Assembly: GCA_948444845.1 (NCBI GenBank)
Contig: CAOJVB010000006.1
Coordinates: 1,252-65,251 of the forward strand
DNA: 64,000 nt
DNA from: an uncultured Clostridiaceae bacterium
Lineage (GTDB): Bacteria; Bacillota; Clostridia; TANB77; CAG-508
Reading direction: 5' to 3'
A program made the translations under genes and the position numbers. Position 1 is the stretch's first letter. Each line of letters begins with the position of its first letter. Below, piece after piece: positions 31,284-42,017 of the stretch. Below the pieces are notes generated by a model. The model saw only the letters and a list, made by a program, of their open reading frames with translations, was not told the DNA's origin and did not search any database.

Positions 31284-31581
31284 TTTCTAATTTCCCCCTT
31301 TATAGAATTTTTATACCTAAATAATATCATAAAGACATATAGCCTGCAATGCTTTTATATTTTTTTCTATTTGTTTGTTTACTTTTTTATATAGTATAAT
31401 ATTTATATTTTATAGACTTTTATTGGCTGTTTGAATAAATTAAATTATAAATAGTTTATATTCTTTCAATTTTATAGTTTTCTTAAAATAGAATACTTTG
31501 CTAGTGTAGTATAGAAAAACAAACTGTGCCATTTTATAACACAGTTTGCAAAAAATTATTTAATTTTATATCAACAGTAAC

Positions 31582-32316
31582 TTAATTAATGGTTATCTTT
31601 CCGCTGATTGTTGAGATATCTACATCTGCATTATAGCCATTTTTATCTGCTTCGTGGCAGTTCACAACTTTTCCACTTACTGTACTGGTAGAAAGCTTAA
31701 TGTTTTTGACATTGCTAAAATCAACCAATACTTTTCCAAATATTGTAGAAGTTTTTAACGAAATATCTTCACTTGCAACAATATTAAGTTTAACACCTCC
31801 ACTTATTGTTGAAATGTTTGCCTTTTTAAATGTTGCATAACTGTTTACTTTACCGCTTGTCGTTTCAACTTTAATATTTTGCGCTGAAACTTCCTCACTT
31901 AATTCAACGCCTGCTGACACTGTTTTTATACTAATTGTCTTAAGATATTTAGGTATAGCAACATCTAACTCCAAATTACTTCCATAGCAGTTTCCCTCAT
32001 ATTGTAATGCAATTTTAATTTCATTTAATTTTCTCTGAACAACAAACTTAAGTTCTTTATCCAAATTTGCTTCTCCATGTAAGTGTGCTTCCACTTTTGA
32101 AGACTTAGAAACTGATACATTAACTTTTACAAATGTTGAATGTACAGTTACTTTTTCGATATTACCTGCTTCTTCACATTTCCGCTCATCATATTTTTTA
32201 AGTTCGCCTTTTCCGCCTCCATTTGTTACAACATTTCCATTCTGAATTACTACACTACCGGAAAAAACAGTACCATTTACTACACTATTAGAAAAAACAT
32301 TGCCATTGAAAAACAT
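31582..32316 (-). CDS. DUF4097-like beta-strand repeat protein
   Basis: Repeating xSGxVxL/V beta-solenoid-like units (TTSGKVNS, ISGGVKLN, VSGKVVN, ISGKITIN). It has a zero-frame CGG_A at 32181-32184. Confidence 0.6.
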   Translation of the reverse strand: MFFNGNVFSNSVVNGTVFSGSVVIQNGNVVTNGGGKGELKKYDERKCEEAGNIEKVTVHSTFVKVNVSVSKSSKVEAHLHGEANLDKELKFVVQRKLNEIKIALQYEGNCYGSNLELDVAIPKYLKTISIKTVSAGVELSEEVSAQNIKVETTSGKVNSYATFKKANISTISGGVKLNIVASEDISLKTSTIFGKVLVDFSNVKNIKLSTSTVSGKVVNCHEADKNGYNADVDISTISGKITIN

Positions 32317-32562
32317 AATTTTTCCTCCTTATACTCTCTTATAAATGTTTGTTTTTAGTGCTACTTAGTAATATTCATTACTGTATAAGATTTTTTATAC
32401 ATGGTATTACATATTTTTCATTATACTCCTATTTTACATAATTTTCAAGGTGCTTTAGAATATTTATTTACTTTTTAATAGTTTTATGGTAAAATCAATA
32501 TCACCTTAAGCTAAATGGCTTGTTAGTAACTATTAATAAAATTTTATTATAGGAGGTTTATT

Positions 32563-32946
32563 ATGATTAGACGGAGTAAAATTTGGTGTTTAGTATGTTT
32601 CGTATTAGCTTTCATATGTGCACTTTTATATGTGCTATTTTTTAATTGCTACATTATTAAATTAAACTTTATTTTTTCATTTATTTTTCTTATAATGTTT
32701 GCCACTTTATTTTTTGCATTATTTTTTACATTTCGTAACATTCTAAAGAAAATACAATTGAAATACCACATTTTCCTTTTTCTTTTCTTATTATTTACTA
32801 TAACATGTTTTTCAAGCATTTTAATAGCAATTGCTTTTAAGTTCTTTTTCCCTATAATAATTATTATTGTTATTTCATGCATAATGTCTATAGTATTTGG
32901 GCTTCTTTCCAGAATTGAAGAGTTAAAATTTGAGCAACAAAATTAA
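32563..32946 (+). CDS. Small polytopic membrane protein
   Basis: AGGAGG RBS, 127 aa, four hydrophobic segments. It has a zero-frame CGG_A at 32572-32575 (MIRRSK). Confidence 0.5.
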   Translation: MIRRSKIWCLVCFVLAFICALLYVLFFNCYIIKLNFIFSFIFLIMFATLFFALFFTFRNILKKIQLKYHIFLFLFLLFTITCFSSILIAIAFKFFFPIIIIIVISCIMSIVFGLLSRIEELKFEQQN

Positions 32947-33006
32947 TTCTTTAATAATTTTTTGCCATAACATTTTCAATAATTATTTGAAATGTTATGG
33001 CTTATT

Positions 33007-33699
33007 TTAATTAGTTTTTATTGTTATATCTTTAATATTAGTATTTTGCTTTTTATATATTTTGAACATTTTATCATTTATTATATTTATTATTTTTGCA
33101 TAAATGTATAGTTTAAAACTATCTATATTCGATAATTTCTTTTTTGGTTTGTATTTTACTTTATGCTCTGTGCTTGCCCAGAAGTCCATTAGTGCTGTTC
33201 TTATTTGTATTTCTACTTTTATATGTATTGTTTCTTCTTTTATTTTTACTGGTACTTCTATTATTACATGGTAAGCTGAATATCCACTCTTTTTTGCCTT
33301 TTTTATATAGTCTTTTTCTTTTAATATTTTTATATCTTTTTGATTTGCTATAATGTTTCTTATTTTATAAATATCTTCTTTATAATTACAAACTATTCTT
33401 ACTCCTGCAATATCATTAATGTTTTGAATCATATTTTCATAATTAATTTCTATTTTTTTCTTTTTCATTTTCCCAGCTATACTTTCTGGGCTTTTTATTC
33501 TTGATGTTATATTTGTTATTACTTCATAATTATAATATTCATTTAATATTCTTTTTAAATTTGTAAGTTTTTCTATTATGCTATTTAATGCTTTTTGGTA
33601 AATTAGCATAATTATTTCAAATTCATCATATTCTTTTTCTACTTTTATTAGTTCATTATTTTTTAGTACCTCATTTTCTTTTTTTAATATACTTTCCAT
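33007..33699 (-). CDS. Small alarmone synthetase (RelQ/RelP-like GTP pyrophosphokinase)
   Basis: Synthetase-only RSH: IAGVRIVCNY, SGYSAYHVII, VEIQIRTALMDFWASTEHKVKYK. Confidence 0.85.
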   Translation of the reverse strand: MESILKKENEVLKNNELIKVEKEYDEFEIIMLIYQKALNSIIEKLTNLKRILNEYYNYEVITNITSRIKSPESIAGKMKKKKIEINYENMIQNINDIAGVRIVCNYKEDIYKIRNIIANQKDIKILKEKDYIKKAKKSGYSAYHVIIEVPVKIKEETIHIKVEIQIRTALMDFWASTEHKVKYKPKKKLSNIDSFKLYIYAKIINIINDKMFKIYKKQNTNIKDITIKTN

Positions 33700-33973
33700 T
33701 TTATCCCTCCTTAATTAGGTTATATGGATTATATATTACATTTGTTAAACATATATTAACGTTTTGTGACTTTTTTGTGTTATTTGCCTTTTTCTTTTTT
33801 CAATTTAGGTCTAAACTCCTTGTTTTAAGTAGTTTCATTATATCAAAAAAAGTTAAACATTTAAAAAATAAACATTAAAATAAGTAAGCTAAAAGAGATG
33901 AAAAAAATTCATACGAATTTTCTCCATCTCTTTTAGCTTACTTGTTACATTTTTTTGGTTTTACAATTTGTTA

Positions 33974-34573
33974 CTAATTTTCTGTAATTGCAAGGTATTC
34001 AACAGGAGTATATACATAGTAAAATCCATTATTGCCGTACCAAGTAATTGTTGTAGGTTCAGTTCCAGGAATTATCTGTTTGCCTTCTGGGTCTGATTTA
34101 ATAATTTCAGGCTGCCTATTCCATCCCATTTTATGAAACCATATTTGTGTATCTCTGTCCTGCCGAACAAAATGAAAATCTCCTTTGGGAAGTTCCTTGT
34201 TAGGTGGAGTATAGAATACTTTTACAAGATATTCATTCTCCTTTAGCTGTTTTTCTTCTTCTAAGCCTATCCTCCTATAAGATATACTTAAATTTTCTAA
34301 GTCTATCTGGATTTTTTTCATCAGTTGTTCTTCATTTTCTATATTTTGTACATGATTAAAACATTTTTTTGTAAATCCTGGAATAAAGTCTATTCCTCTT
34401 TTTCCATTGTACATAATTCCTAGTGCATATGCATAGCAATTTGTTGTTTTTACTGTTTTTTCGTCAAGCATTATTGGATTATTTGTTTGTAGTAACTCCC
34501 ATGACTTCCGAATACTATTTTTTATTCTTTTTATTTTGAGAATACGCATATTATTACCTCTCTCTTTCTTCAA
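33974..34573 (-). CDS. Hypothetical protein (possible papain-fold Cys/His enzyme)
   Basis: 199 aa. NCYAYALG could be a Cys nucleophile context, which is speculative. Zero-frame CGG codons at 34163-34165 and 34508-34510. Confidence 0.4.
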   Translation of the reverse strand: MKKERGNNMRILKIKRIKNSIRKSWELLQTNNPIMLDEKTVKTTNCYAYALGIMYNGKRGIDFIPGFTKKCFNHVQNIENEEQLMKKIQIDLENLSISYRRIGLEEEKQLKENEYLVKVFYTPPNKELPKGDFHFVRQDRDTQIWFHKMGWNRQPEIIKSDPEGKQIIPGTEPTTITWYGNNGFYYVYTPVEYLAITEN

Positions 34574-34724
34574 ATTTATTTTATGTAATGTATTATATCA
34601 TTTTTTAGTATAAATGTCAATTTTATGTGCACTATATTATAATTATTTTTATTTGAATAATTGGTCAATTATTTGACACTTACTATTCTATATGGTATAT
34701 TTTTTTCTATAAAATTATATAAAG

Positions 34725-35411
34725 GTGTTGATTTATTTGAAAAGAACAAAATTAATAGATAGAGTTTTACCTTCTTATACAAAAGGTGAAGAAATTTTTA
34801 ATATGGTTACTCATATTGTCGGTGGTGCTTTGGGGGTTATTGGTATTATATTGGTACCTACTTTTGCGGGCTTTCATCATAACATTTATGGCATTGTTAG
34901 TGGTATTATTTTTGGTTTTTCTATGATTTTACTTTATTCAATGTCTAGTATATATCATGGACTTAGTCCTAAACTTAAGGCTAAAAAAGTTTTTCAAATT
35001 TTAGACCATTGTTCTATTTTTATTTTAATAGCTGGTTCGTATACTCCTTTTTGTTTATGCTCATTAAGAGAATATAACCCTATAACTGGTTACTCTATCC
35101 TTGGTATTATTTGGCTTGCTGCTATATTAGGTATTATTTTTAATTCTATCGATATTAAAAAATATAAAGTGCTTTCTATGGTTTGCTACCTTTTAATGGG
35201 ATGGTGTATTATTGTTAAAATTAATGTACTACCTAACTTATTAACTATACCTGGTTTTGTACTTTTACTTCTTGGTGGTATTATTTATACTATTGGAGCT
35301 GTTTTATATGGAGTTGGAAAAAAGCATAAATATATTCATTCTGTTTTCCATATATTTATATTTTTAGGAAATTTACTACATTTTCTTTGTATTTTGTTGT
35401 ATGTTGTTTAA
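34725..35411 (+). CDS. Hemolysin III / PAQR-family membrane protein
   Basis: Seven hydrophobic segments and the motifs NMVTHIVG, LDHCSIF, HSVFH. Confidence 0.85.
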   Translation: MLIYLKRTKLIDRVLPSYTKGEEIFNMVTHIVGGALGVIGIILVPTFAGFHHNIYGIVSGIIFGFSMILLYSMSSIYHGLSPKLKAKKVFQILDHCSIFILIAGSYTPFCLCSLREYNPITGYSILGIIWLAAILGIIFNSIDIKKYKVLSMVCYLLMGWCIIVKINVLPNLLTIPGFVLLLLGGIIYTIGAVLYGVGKKHKYIHSVFHIFIFLGNLLHFLCILLYVV

Positions 35412-35457
35412 TTATTATAAAAAAGAACATTCCTCAAATGATTTCTAACAGAAATGG

Positions 35458-35560
35458 AAGAGAAGTCAATGGGGACGGAGATTTTTGGCTACTTTTATTA
35501 AAATCAAAAAATAATTTTAATAAAAGTAGCCAAAAATCTCCGTCCCCATTGACTTCTCTT
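35458..35560. repeat. Perfect 43-bp inverted repeat with a 17-nt spacer
   Basis: AAGAGAAGTCAATGGGGACGGAGATTTTTGGCTACTTTTATTA (35458-35500) and its exact reverse complement (35518-35560), between convergent genes. It is a bidirectional terminator or a MITE. Confidence 0.85.
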
Positions 35561-35620
35561 TAACTTAAATTTTAAGAAACCACAGACATTTGTCTGCAGT
35601 TTCTTTAGCATTTCTGGTAC

Positions 35621-38260
35621 TTATACTATTCTCAAATCTTCAATTAGTACATTGTAGAGTTCTTCTAAGTCGGAAATTCTTTCTTCAATATTGCTAATCT
35701 CTAATCCTTCTAATAGCTCTCGTACATAGGAGTCAAATTCCTCCTTTACTTTTTGTTCTTTTTTGGACAGGCCTTTTACTCCTTTTATGAATTTGAATTT
35801 CTTTTCTGAATAATTTTCTTTTATGTGTTTTCCATACAGAAATTCGATGGCTTCTTTTGTATTTTGTACTGCTTTTTCTTCATCTTCAATTAGTTCTAAT
35901 TTCAGAGAATTGTTTTTATTAAGAGTAATACATCCAAAACCATAAATAGGCTCGCCATATCCACCATTACCAATTGTTATTTCCTGCTTTCCTATGTAAG
36001 GAATGCATTTTAATACAGAAGAAATATCAAATGCTTCTAATTCAGAAAGATTTCTTTTAGCTCTATCCCATGCTTCTTTTACTCTTGCACGTTCTACTTT
36101 ATTTCTTAAGTCAGCCATACTGTTTCCAGTGTGACTATTCCAAGAATCGCCATAGTATTTGAGAGTAACTTGTGTTCCATCATCTAATGCTACTCTTTTA
36201 GCTTCTGAATGATACAGTGTGTACTTATCTACAGTAATTGAGGTTTCTCTCCAATGGTAGCTTACTTCAAAGGCTTTTCCATCAATCGCTATTGTTTTTT
36301 GCCTTCTATCTTCGTAGTAAGTACTTCTATTACTAGCTTCATACTCTGCTTTTAATTCTGCATAGTCTGGATGATTTGGAACAACTTCAGTAGTTTCTGC
36401 AATTTCAATATCTTTAAAATATGTTACCTTTGTTACTTTAACAGCATCCTCATAAGAAGAATAATAACAATCTGTTTCTTCCTCTGTAATAAACTGAGGT
36501 GCTATTTGTTTTAATTCTTCGGCAGTTATTTTGCTTGCTATTGTAACCAAGTCCATTGTTCTTTTCCTGCCATATGAGTCTTTAAACTCAATAATTCTTG
36601 GCTTTCCAACTACTAATCTTGGACTACTTGAGCTTAAGCAACTTTTTCGGTCTAAGTTTCTGTAAACTCCATCTCCATTTACATAGCCATAACCAGTATC
36701 TTTATATACATGATTAATCATTCCTGCGATGCACGCCATCTTTATTGCTTCACAGTCATCAGAAAATGTTATTTCTACAACTCCTTTTAGTGCTTCATGC
36801 ATTCTTTTGATGTGCTCTTTAATCTGGAAGAAGGCTTTTTTGTTAATGCCTACTTCATCAAATTTTATAAAGCCTATTTTCTGAAGTGCATTCCACACAT
36901 CCAGCTCTGCTAATAAATCACTTTCTCTTTCACGAGTAAAGTTAGCATATGATGCATCCTTGCTAAGTAAAGTTCCGATTTCCACAATAGATGCAATTTT
37001 GATTACTTCTTCTGTAACACCATATTTTTCGGCCTCAATAATCATTCTTGCTGATTGCACGCCTACTGGCATTTTAGCCATTTTGTAGCCGATGGGGGTT
37101 ACTGTGTTATCTTCCTCAAGTGCACCTAAGTTTATAAGCATTTCCTTTGCTCTTACAAGTTCTTCTATTCTTGGTTGATGGAAGAATGGAAAGTCTACTG
37201 CATCGATTCCAATAGTTGCTAAGCGCAGTACTGTCTGCTCTAAAAGACATCTTTGAATTTCAGGTACCGAGAACTCTTTTCTTTCTTCAAAGTAAGTATT
37301 TGAACAAAGAATGTATTTGCCTTCCTTTGTTCTTCCTGCACGGCCTTTTCTTTGAATGCAGTCTGCCTTGCTTGTGTCTCTTAAGAATAACCCCTCAATA
37401 CCATCATGTGTTTCTAAGCGTCTTTCTTTTCCAGTATCTACTACTGCATCGATATCTGGAATGGTTATTGATGTTTGTGCCACATTTGTAGCTACAACTA
37501 CCTTAGGAACCGAATAACTATAAAAGCACTTTTTTTGTTCTTCAGAATCGAGTTCTCCATGTAACGGAAGGACTTTTGCTTTTACATTGTTAAAAGAAAG
37601 TTCTTCAATTACTTCTGCAATCTCTTTTTTGCCAGGAACGAATACCAGTGTATTTCGTCCTTCTGATACCATTTCATCAATAGTCGAAATTAGATGCATT
37701 TCGCTTCTTTCTTCAAAGCTTACTGGAAATAATCTTCCAGGTACTTCTAAAGAATATACATCTTCTCCAAAGTATTCTGCCAAGCTCTCTTTTTCCAGAG
37801 TTGCACTCATAATAACTACTTTGGTACACCAGCCCTCCTGTATCTTCTTCTTAGACCAGCCTATAAGTGTTTCAATATTTGAGTTCCACTCGTGAACTTC
37901 ATCTATTACTAACACTTTAGGTTTGTTCTTAGTATCTGTAAGAGACCGAACTAACTCTAAACCATCTGTACAATAGAGTATTGATGTATTTTTAGAATCT
38001 TTTCTCTCAAGTGCTGTTCTGAAACCTACTATTTCACCTAACGTAGTTCCCATTTCTTCTGCTACTCTTTCAGCTAACGACCAAGCAACCATACGCCGAG
38101 GTTCGGTAACAACAACATCATACCCAGCGTTATGTGCATACTGCGGTACCTGTGTTGATTTTCCAGAGCCTGTTTCAGCTGTAATAATTGTTACAGCATG
38201 ATTCTTGATTGCCTGTGTGATTTCATTCATGTAGTTGTAAATAGGTAATGATGTGTTCAT
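35621..38260 (-). CDS. DEAH-box helicase (HrpA/HrpB-like core) with a long uncharacterised C-terminal region
   Basis: Motifs AETGSGKST, TEPRRMVAW, VIDEVHE, SATL, TNVAQTSITI, QRKGRAGR. Visibly G+C-richer than its neighbours. Zero-frame CGG at 37946-37948 and 38096-38098 (the first R of PRR). Confidence 0.85.
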   Translation of the reverse strand: MNTSLPIYNYMNEITQAIKNHAVTIITAETGSGKSTQVPQYAHNAGYDVVVTEPRRMVAWSLAERVAEEMGTTLGEIVGFRTALERKDSKNTSILYCTDGLELVRSLTDTKNKPKVLVIDEVHEWNSNIETLIGWSKKKIQEGWCTKVVIMSATLEKESLAEYFGEDVYSLEVPGRLFPVSFEERSEMHLISTIDEMVSEGRNTLVFVPGKKEIAEVIEELSFNNVKAKVLPLHGELDSEEQKKCFYSYSVPKVVVATNVAQTSITIPDIDAVVDTGKERRLETHDGIEGLFLRDTSKADCIQRKGRAGRTKEGKYILCSNTYFEERKEFSVPEIQRCLLEQTVLRLATIGIDAVDFPFFHQPRIEELVRAKEMLINLGALEEDNTVTPIGYKMAKMPVGVQSARMIIEAEKYGVTEEVIKIASIVEIGTLLSKDASYANFTRERESDLLAELDVWNALQKIGFIKFDEVGINKKAFFQIKEHIKRMHEALKGVVEITFSDDCEAIKMACIAGMINHVYKDTGYGYVNGDGVYRNLDRKSCLSSSSPRLVVGKPRIIEFKDSYGRKRTMDLVTIASKITAEELKQIAPQFITEEETDCYYSSYEDAVKVTKVTYFKDIEIAETTEVVPNHPDYAELKAEYEASNRSTYYEDRRQKTIAIDGKAFEVSYHWRETSITVDKYTLYHSEAKRVALDDGTQVTLKYYGDSWNSHTGNSMADLRNKVERARVKEAWDRAKRNLSELEAFDISSVLKCIPYIGKQEITIGNGGYGEPIYGFGCITLNKNNSLKLELIEDEEKAVQNTKEAIEFLYGKHIKENYSEKKFKFIKGVKGLSKKEQKVKEEFDSYVRELLEGLEISNIEERISDLEELYNVLIEDLRIV

Positions 38261-38539
38261 ATTAAAATACTCCTTTCAAATTTCGCTTATTTAAGTTTTT
38301 TGGTAATGTTTGTTTATGCTAAATATAAACAATATCACTTATATTATATAACATTTTACATAAAATCGCAATCAGATATGGTTATTTATGTAAAAAAGTA
38401 ATAACTTTTACTTATTATTGTCAAAGTTATTACTTATATATAAGGTTATTTTTAATTATTTTGTTTTGCTTAGTATTTGTTGTTATATATAATATATTTC
38501 TATATTATTATATATTATATATGCATGTTATTAAACAAG

Positions 38540-39337
38540 TTATTTTCCTACATTTATATTTCCACAATCACATTCTAGTTGTAATGTAATTTCTGAGTTT
38601 CTATTATTTCTACTTATATTTGCTTTTCCTAAGTCTACTTTTGATTCTATGTATACTTCATTTGTTTCTTTTATATCTATATTTCCTAAGTCTGCTTTTA
38701 TTTTAGAATTTTCGTTTATTATAAGTTTTTGTATTTCTACGTTTCCTGAGTCAACTTTTATGTCGCATTTATTTAGTATTTCTTCTACTTTTATATTTCC
38801 TAAATCACATTTTATATTTGCATTTTTTATTTTGCCTATTTCTACATTTCCTGCGTCACAGTCTACATTTATTGTTGCATTTGGTAAATTGTTTATATAG
38901 CAGTTTCCTAAGTTATTGTTGATTTTTATTGTATTATTATAGCTAGAAGGAATATTTATTATAATATCATTTTTTATATTTCCAAAATTAAAAAATATGA
39001 ATTTGTTTCTTTTTGTATAATCTACTATTAATTTATTTCCTTCTAACGTAATTTCTACATCTTTCTCTTCTTCTCCATAAGCTGTTACTGTAATATTATC
39101 GTTTGAAGTTTCTTTTAATGTAATATCTCCTGCATCTTATTTTATTTCTATATTTTTTATTTCCTCTAAGCTAAAAGTTTTGTCATATATTATTTTATTG
39201 CTTTTAGAACCAATATTTATTATTTTACCTTTTCCCCCTGTTAAATTTACTACTAAAAACATTACTAAAATGAATATTAATATAGAAAGTAGTATTAATA
39301 AACATATAATTGGTGTTTTATTATTCATCTTTTTCAT
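38540..39337 (-). pseudogene. DUF4097-like repeat protein interrupted by an in-frame TAA
   Basis: The N-terminal TM ORF (39140-39337) ends in ...IKNIEIK-TAA (39137-39139). The same frame continues DAGDITLKETSNDNITVTAYGEEEKDVEITLEGNKL...CDCGNINVGK to a stop at 38540 (597 nt, no Met). Confidence 0.7.
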
Positions 39338-39971
39338 CTCCTTTTAACATGAATATTAGTTTTACAACTTGACATATTAAACCATTTATTATAAATATTA
39401 CCCAAGTTACATGCCATGCCATTGTTGTAAAACTTATTATGAAATATAGTGCTACACAAATTGAGCCTATAATTCCATTTATTTGTTTTATTATTTTTTC
39501 TTCTTTCTTTTCTTCTTTTGTTTTTTCAAATTTTGGCATTGACATATAGTTTTTTATTATTCTTGCTGTTGCCCAGCCTATTAGTATTAAGAATATGGAA
39601 CTTACTATTATTGGGTTTCCATGTGTTACTGGTATTGCTACCATTATAAATGCTATTGATACAATGTATATAAATATTGAGCCACTTACTACTTTAGCCG
39701 ATTTTTCTTTTGCTTCTTGTTTAGTAATTACATTTTCTTTTTGCTCCTCTGTTTGTTCTTGCTTTTCTTCTTTTATTTTGCCTGTTATTAGTTCTTCTAC
39801 TCCTATTTCAAATAATTCACTTATTGGTACTATTTTGTCAAAGTCTGGCGTGCTTTGGTTTGTTTCCCATTTTGAAACTGTTTGTCTTGTTACATTTAAT
39901 TTTTCTACCACCTCATCTTGTGTTAAACTTTTTGATTTTCTTAATTCAAATAATCTTTCTCCTAAATTCAT
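39321..39971 (-). CDS. XRE-family HTH protein with C-terminal transmembrane region
   Basis: LGERLFELRKSKSLTQDEVVEKLNVTRQTVSKWE HTH plus TM helices. It overlaps the start of the DUF4097 gene by 17 nt. Confidence 0.8.
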   Translation of the reverse strand: MNLGERLFELRKSKSLTQDEVVEKLNVTRQTVSKWETNQSTPDFDKIVPISELFEIGVEELITGKIKEEKQEQTEEQKENVITKQEAKEKSAKVVSGSIFIYIVSIAFIMVAIPVTHGNPIIVSSIFLILIGWATARIIKNYMSMPKFEKTKEEKKEEKIIKQINGIIGSICVALYFIISFTTMAWHVTWVIFIINGLICQVVKLIFMLKGDEKDE

Positions 39972-40268
39972 TATTTTTCATCCTCCTTTGTTTTAAATTA
40001 TATATGTTTTTTTTATTATTTTCTATCAATTTTGGTTGGAAATTTGTCAACTGGTTTTAACATTTAGGTGTTTTAATTAGTTGCAAAGGTTGTAATTGTA
40101 AGTTTTTTTATTATTGTATCATATATTACTTGGATAATTCTATATTTTTATTGTAAAAGAAAATAAGGTTACAAATTATAGCCTTTGATTGTGAAGTAGT
40201 AATATATTTTATTTTTGCATACATTTTTACATTTTGGTTACACTATTAAAAAAATGTGGAGGTGTTTT

Positions 40269-40820
40269 ATGAAATTAACTATATGTGAATTAAGTTATTT
40301 AAATGAACTAATTACTAGTTGTGTTAATACTATTACTTGTATGTCTTTATTTAAAAATCAGGTTACTAATGAAGAATTAAAAGCTTTACTTTGTAATCAT
40401 TTTCCTATTCATGTGGAGGATTATAATAGAAAAGTAGAGTTTGTTAAAAATATGGATAGTGCTTCTGGTAAACTTAATGTTCCTGAGCTTAATACTTCTA
40501 TTTTTACTGAAGATGTTAATAGTTCCAAACATGCTGAGCCTATTACTGTAAATACTAATGTTACTACTTTGACTGACAGGGAAATTGCTTTATCATATTT
40601 CTTAACTTTAAAAAGAGCTGGTAAGGAGTATGCCATAGCTTCTATGGAGGCTACTAACCCTACTTTACGCCAATTTTTAAAGGATGCTTATACTATGAGT
40701 TGTAATCATTCTTATGAAGTTTATGAGTGGATGGCTAAAAATAATTATTATCCTATTATTGTTGCTACTGGGGAACAAACTGGGGATATTGGTAGTATTT
40801 ATAATACTATTTCTTTATAA
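40269..40820 (+). CDS. Spore coat protein F-like (CotF domain)
   Basis: LTDREIALSYFLTLKRAGKEYAIASMEATNPTLRQFLKDAY is CotF-domain-like. The start at 40269 follows GGAGGTG. Confidence 0.7.
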   Translation: MKLTICELSYLNELITSCVNTITCMSLFKNQVTNEELKALLCNHFPIHVEDYNRKVEFVKNMDSASGKLNVPELNTSIFTEDVNSSKHAEPITVNTNVTTLTDREIALSYFLTLKRAGKEYAIASMEATNPTLRQFLKDAYTMSCNHSYEVYEWMAKNNYYPIIVATGEQTGDIGSIYNTISL

Positions 40821-40862
40821 AACATTTGGGCTAGAAGGCCTTTGAAAGGGGCTGTAAAAAAA

Positions 40863-40966
40863 GGAAAGATTTGGGACGTGTACAAAACTTTCCCTTTTTA
40901 TTTAAAATTAAAAAATAAAGTAAAAAAAGGTAAAAGGAAAGTTTTGTATGCGTCCCAAATCTTTCC
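40863..40966. repeat. 31-bp inverted repeat with a TTTGGGACG core, between convergent genes
   Basis: GGAAAGATTTGGGACGTGTACAAAACTTTCC (40863-40893) and GGAAAGTTTTGTATGCGTCCCAAATCTTTCC (40936-40966). Confidence 0.8.
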
Positions 40967-40977
40967 TCCATCCTTTT

Positions 40978-41217
40978 TTATTTGTGCTCTTGTATGTATT
41001 TAACAACATCTCCTACTGTAACTATTTTTTCTGCCTCGCTATCTGGTATTTCCATTTCAAATTCTTCTTCTATACTCATTATTAATTCTACTATGTCTAA
41101 AGAATCTGCTGATAGGTCATCTACAAATGTTGCTTCCATTGTTATGCTTTCTTGACTTGCTCCTAGCTGCTCTACTATTATCTTTTTTAATTTTTCGAAA
41201 ATTTCTTGTTCTGTCAT
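40978..41217 (-). CDS. acpP: Acyl carrier protein
   Basis: [19 protein letters not shown] carries the phosphopantetheine Ser motif. I chose ATG at 41217 because AGGAGGTG precedes it. Confidence 0.9.
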   Translation of the reverse strand: MTEQEIFEKLKKIIVEQLGASQESITMEATFVDDLSADSLDIVELIMSIEEEFEMEIPDSEAEKIVTVGDVVKYIQEHK

Positions 41218-41231
41218 TTTTCTCACCTCCT

Positions 41232-42005
41232 TTAAACTCCCATTATATTGTAGCCATTGTCTGCATATATTACTTGGCCTGTTATACTGTTTGACATATT
41301 ACTTAGTAAAAATGTTGCTACATTTCCTACTTCTATTGTTGTTACATTTTGGTGCAATGGTGCTTTTTCTTCTACTATTGTCATTATTTTTGAAAAGTCT
41401 TTTATTCCTTTTGCTGATAGTGTTTTTATTGGCCCTGCTGATATTGCATTTACTCTATGTCCTTCTTTTCCTAGGTTCTCGGCTAAATATCTTACACTTG
41501 CTTCTAAGGCTGCTTTTGCTACTCCCATAATATTATAGCCTTCTAGTACTTTGGTTGAACCATGATAGGTTAATGTTATTAAGTGTGCATTTTCGTTTAA
41601 CATTTCTAGTTCTTTTGCTTTTCTTGTTACTAATACAAATGAGTAACTGCTAACTTCTACTGCGTGGCTATATCCTTCTTTACTTGTATATATAAATTCA
41701 TTGTGTAAGTCTTCAGTGTTTGCGTGTGCTACTGCGTGTACAATTCCGTCTAATTTTCCATTTTCTTCTTTTATTTTTTTGAATGTTTCTTCTACTTTTT
41801 CGTCTTCTGATGCTCCGTTTAGAACATAACATTTTCTTCCTTTAAATTCTTTTGTTAGTTCTTCTATTTTTTCTTTGTTTTCTTCTCCCATATATGTAAA
41901 TATTAGTTTTGCTCCGTTTTCATAGGCTGATTTTGCTATTCCATAGGATATGCTCCATTTGTTTCTTATTCCTATTATTAAAATTTGTTTGTCTTTAAGT
42001 AACAT
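41232..42005 (-). CDS. fabI: Enoyl-[ACP] reductase FabI
   Basis: SDR fold with the FabI pattern [39 protein letters not shown]. Confidence 0.85.
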   Translation of the reverse strand: MLLKDKQILIIGIRNKWSISYGIAKSAYENGAKLIFTYMGEENKEKIEELTKEFKGRKCYVLNGASEDEKVEETFKKIKEENGKLDGIVHAVAHANTEDLHNEFIYTSKEGYSHAVEVSSYSFVLVTRKAKELEMLNENAHLITLTYHGSTKVLEGYNIMGVAKAALEASVRYLAENLGKEGHRVNAISAGPIKTLSAKGIKDFSKIMTIVEEKAPLHQNVTTIEVGNVATFLLSNMSNSITGQVIYADNGYNIMGV

Positions 42006-42017
42006 TTTTTATCCTCC

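Noticed and set aside
33007-34573. The small alarmone synthetase plus its neighbouring ORF as a toxSAS toxin-antitoxin pair
   Set aside because: The synthetase looks like an ordinary RelQ/RelP-type housekeeping enzyme. The neighbouring gene is about 270 bp away, has its own upstream region, and is not a small antitoxin-like protein.
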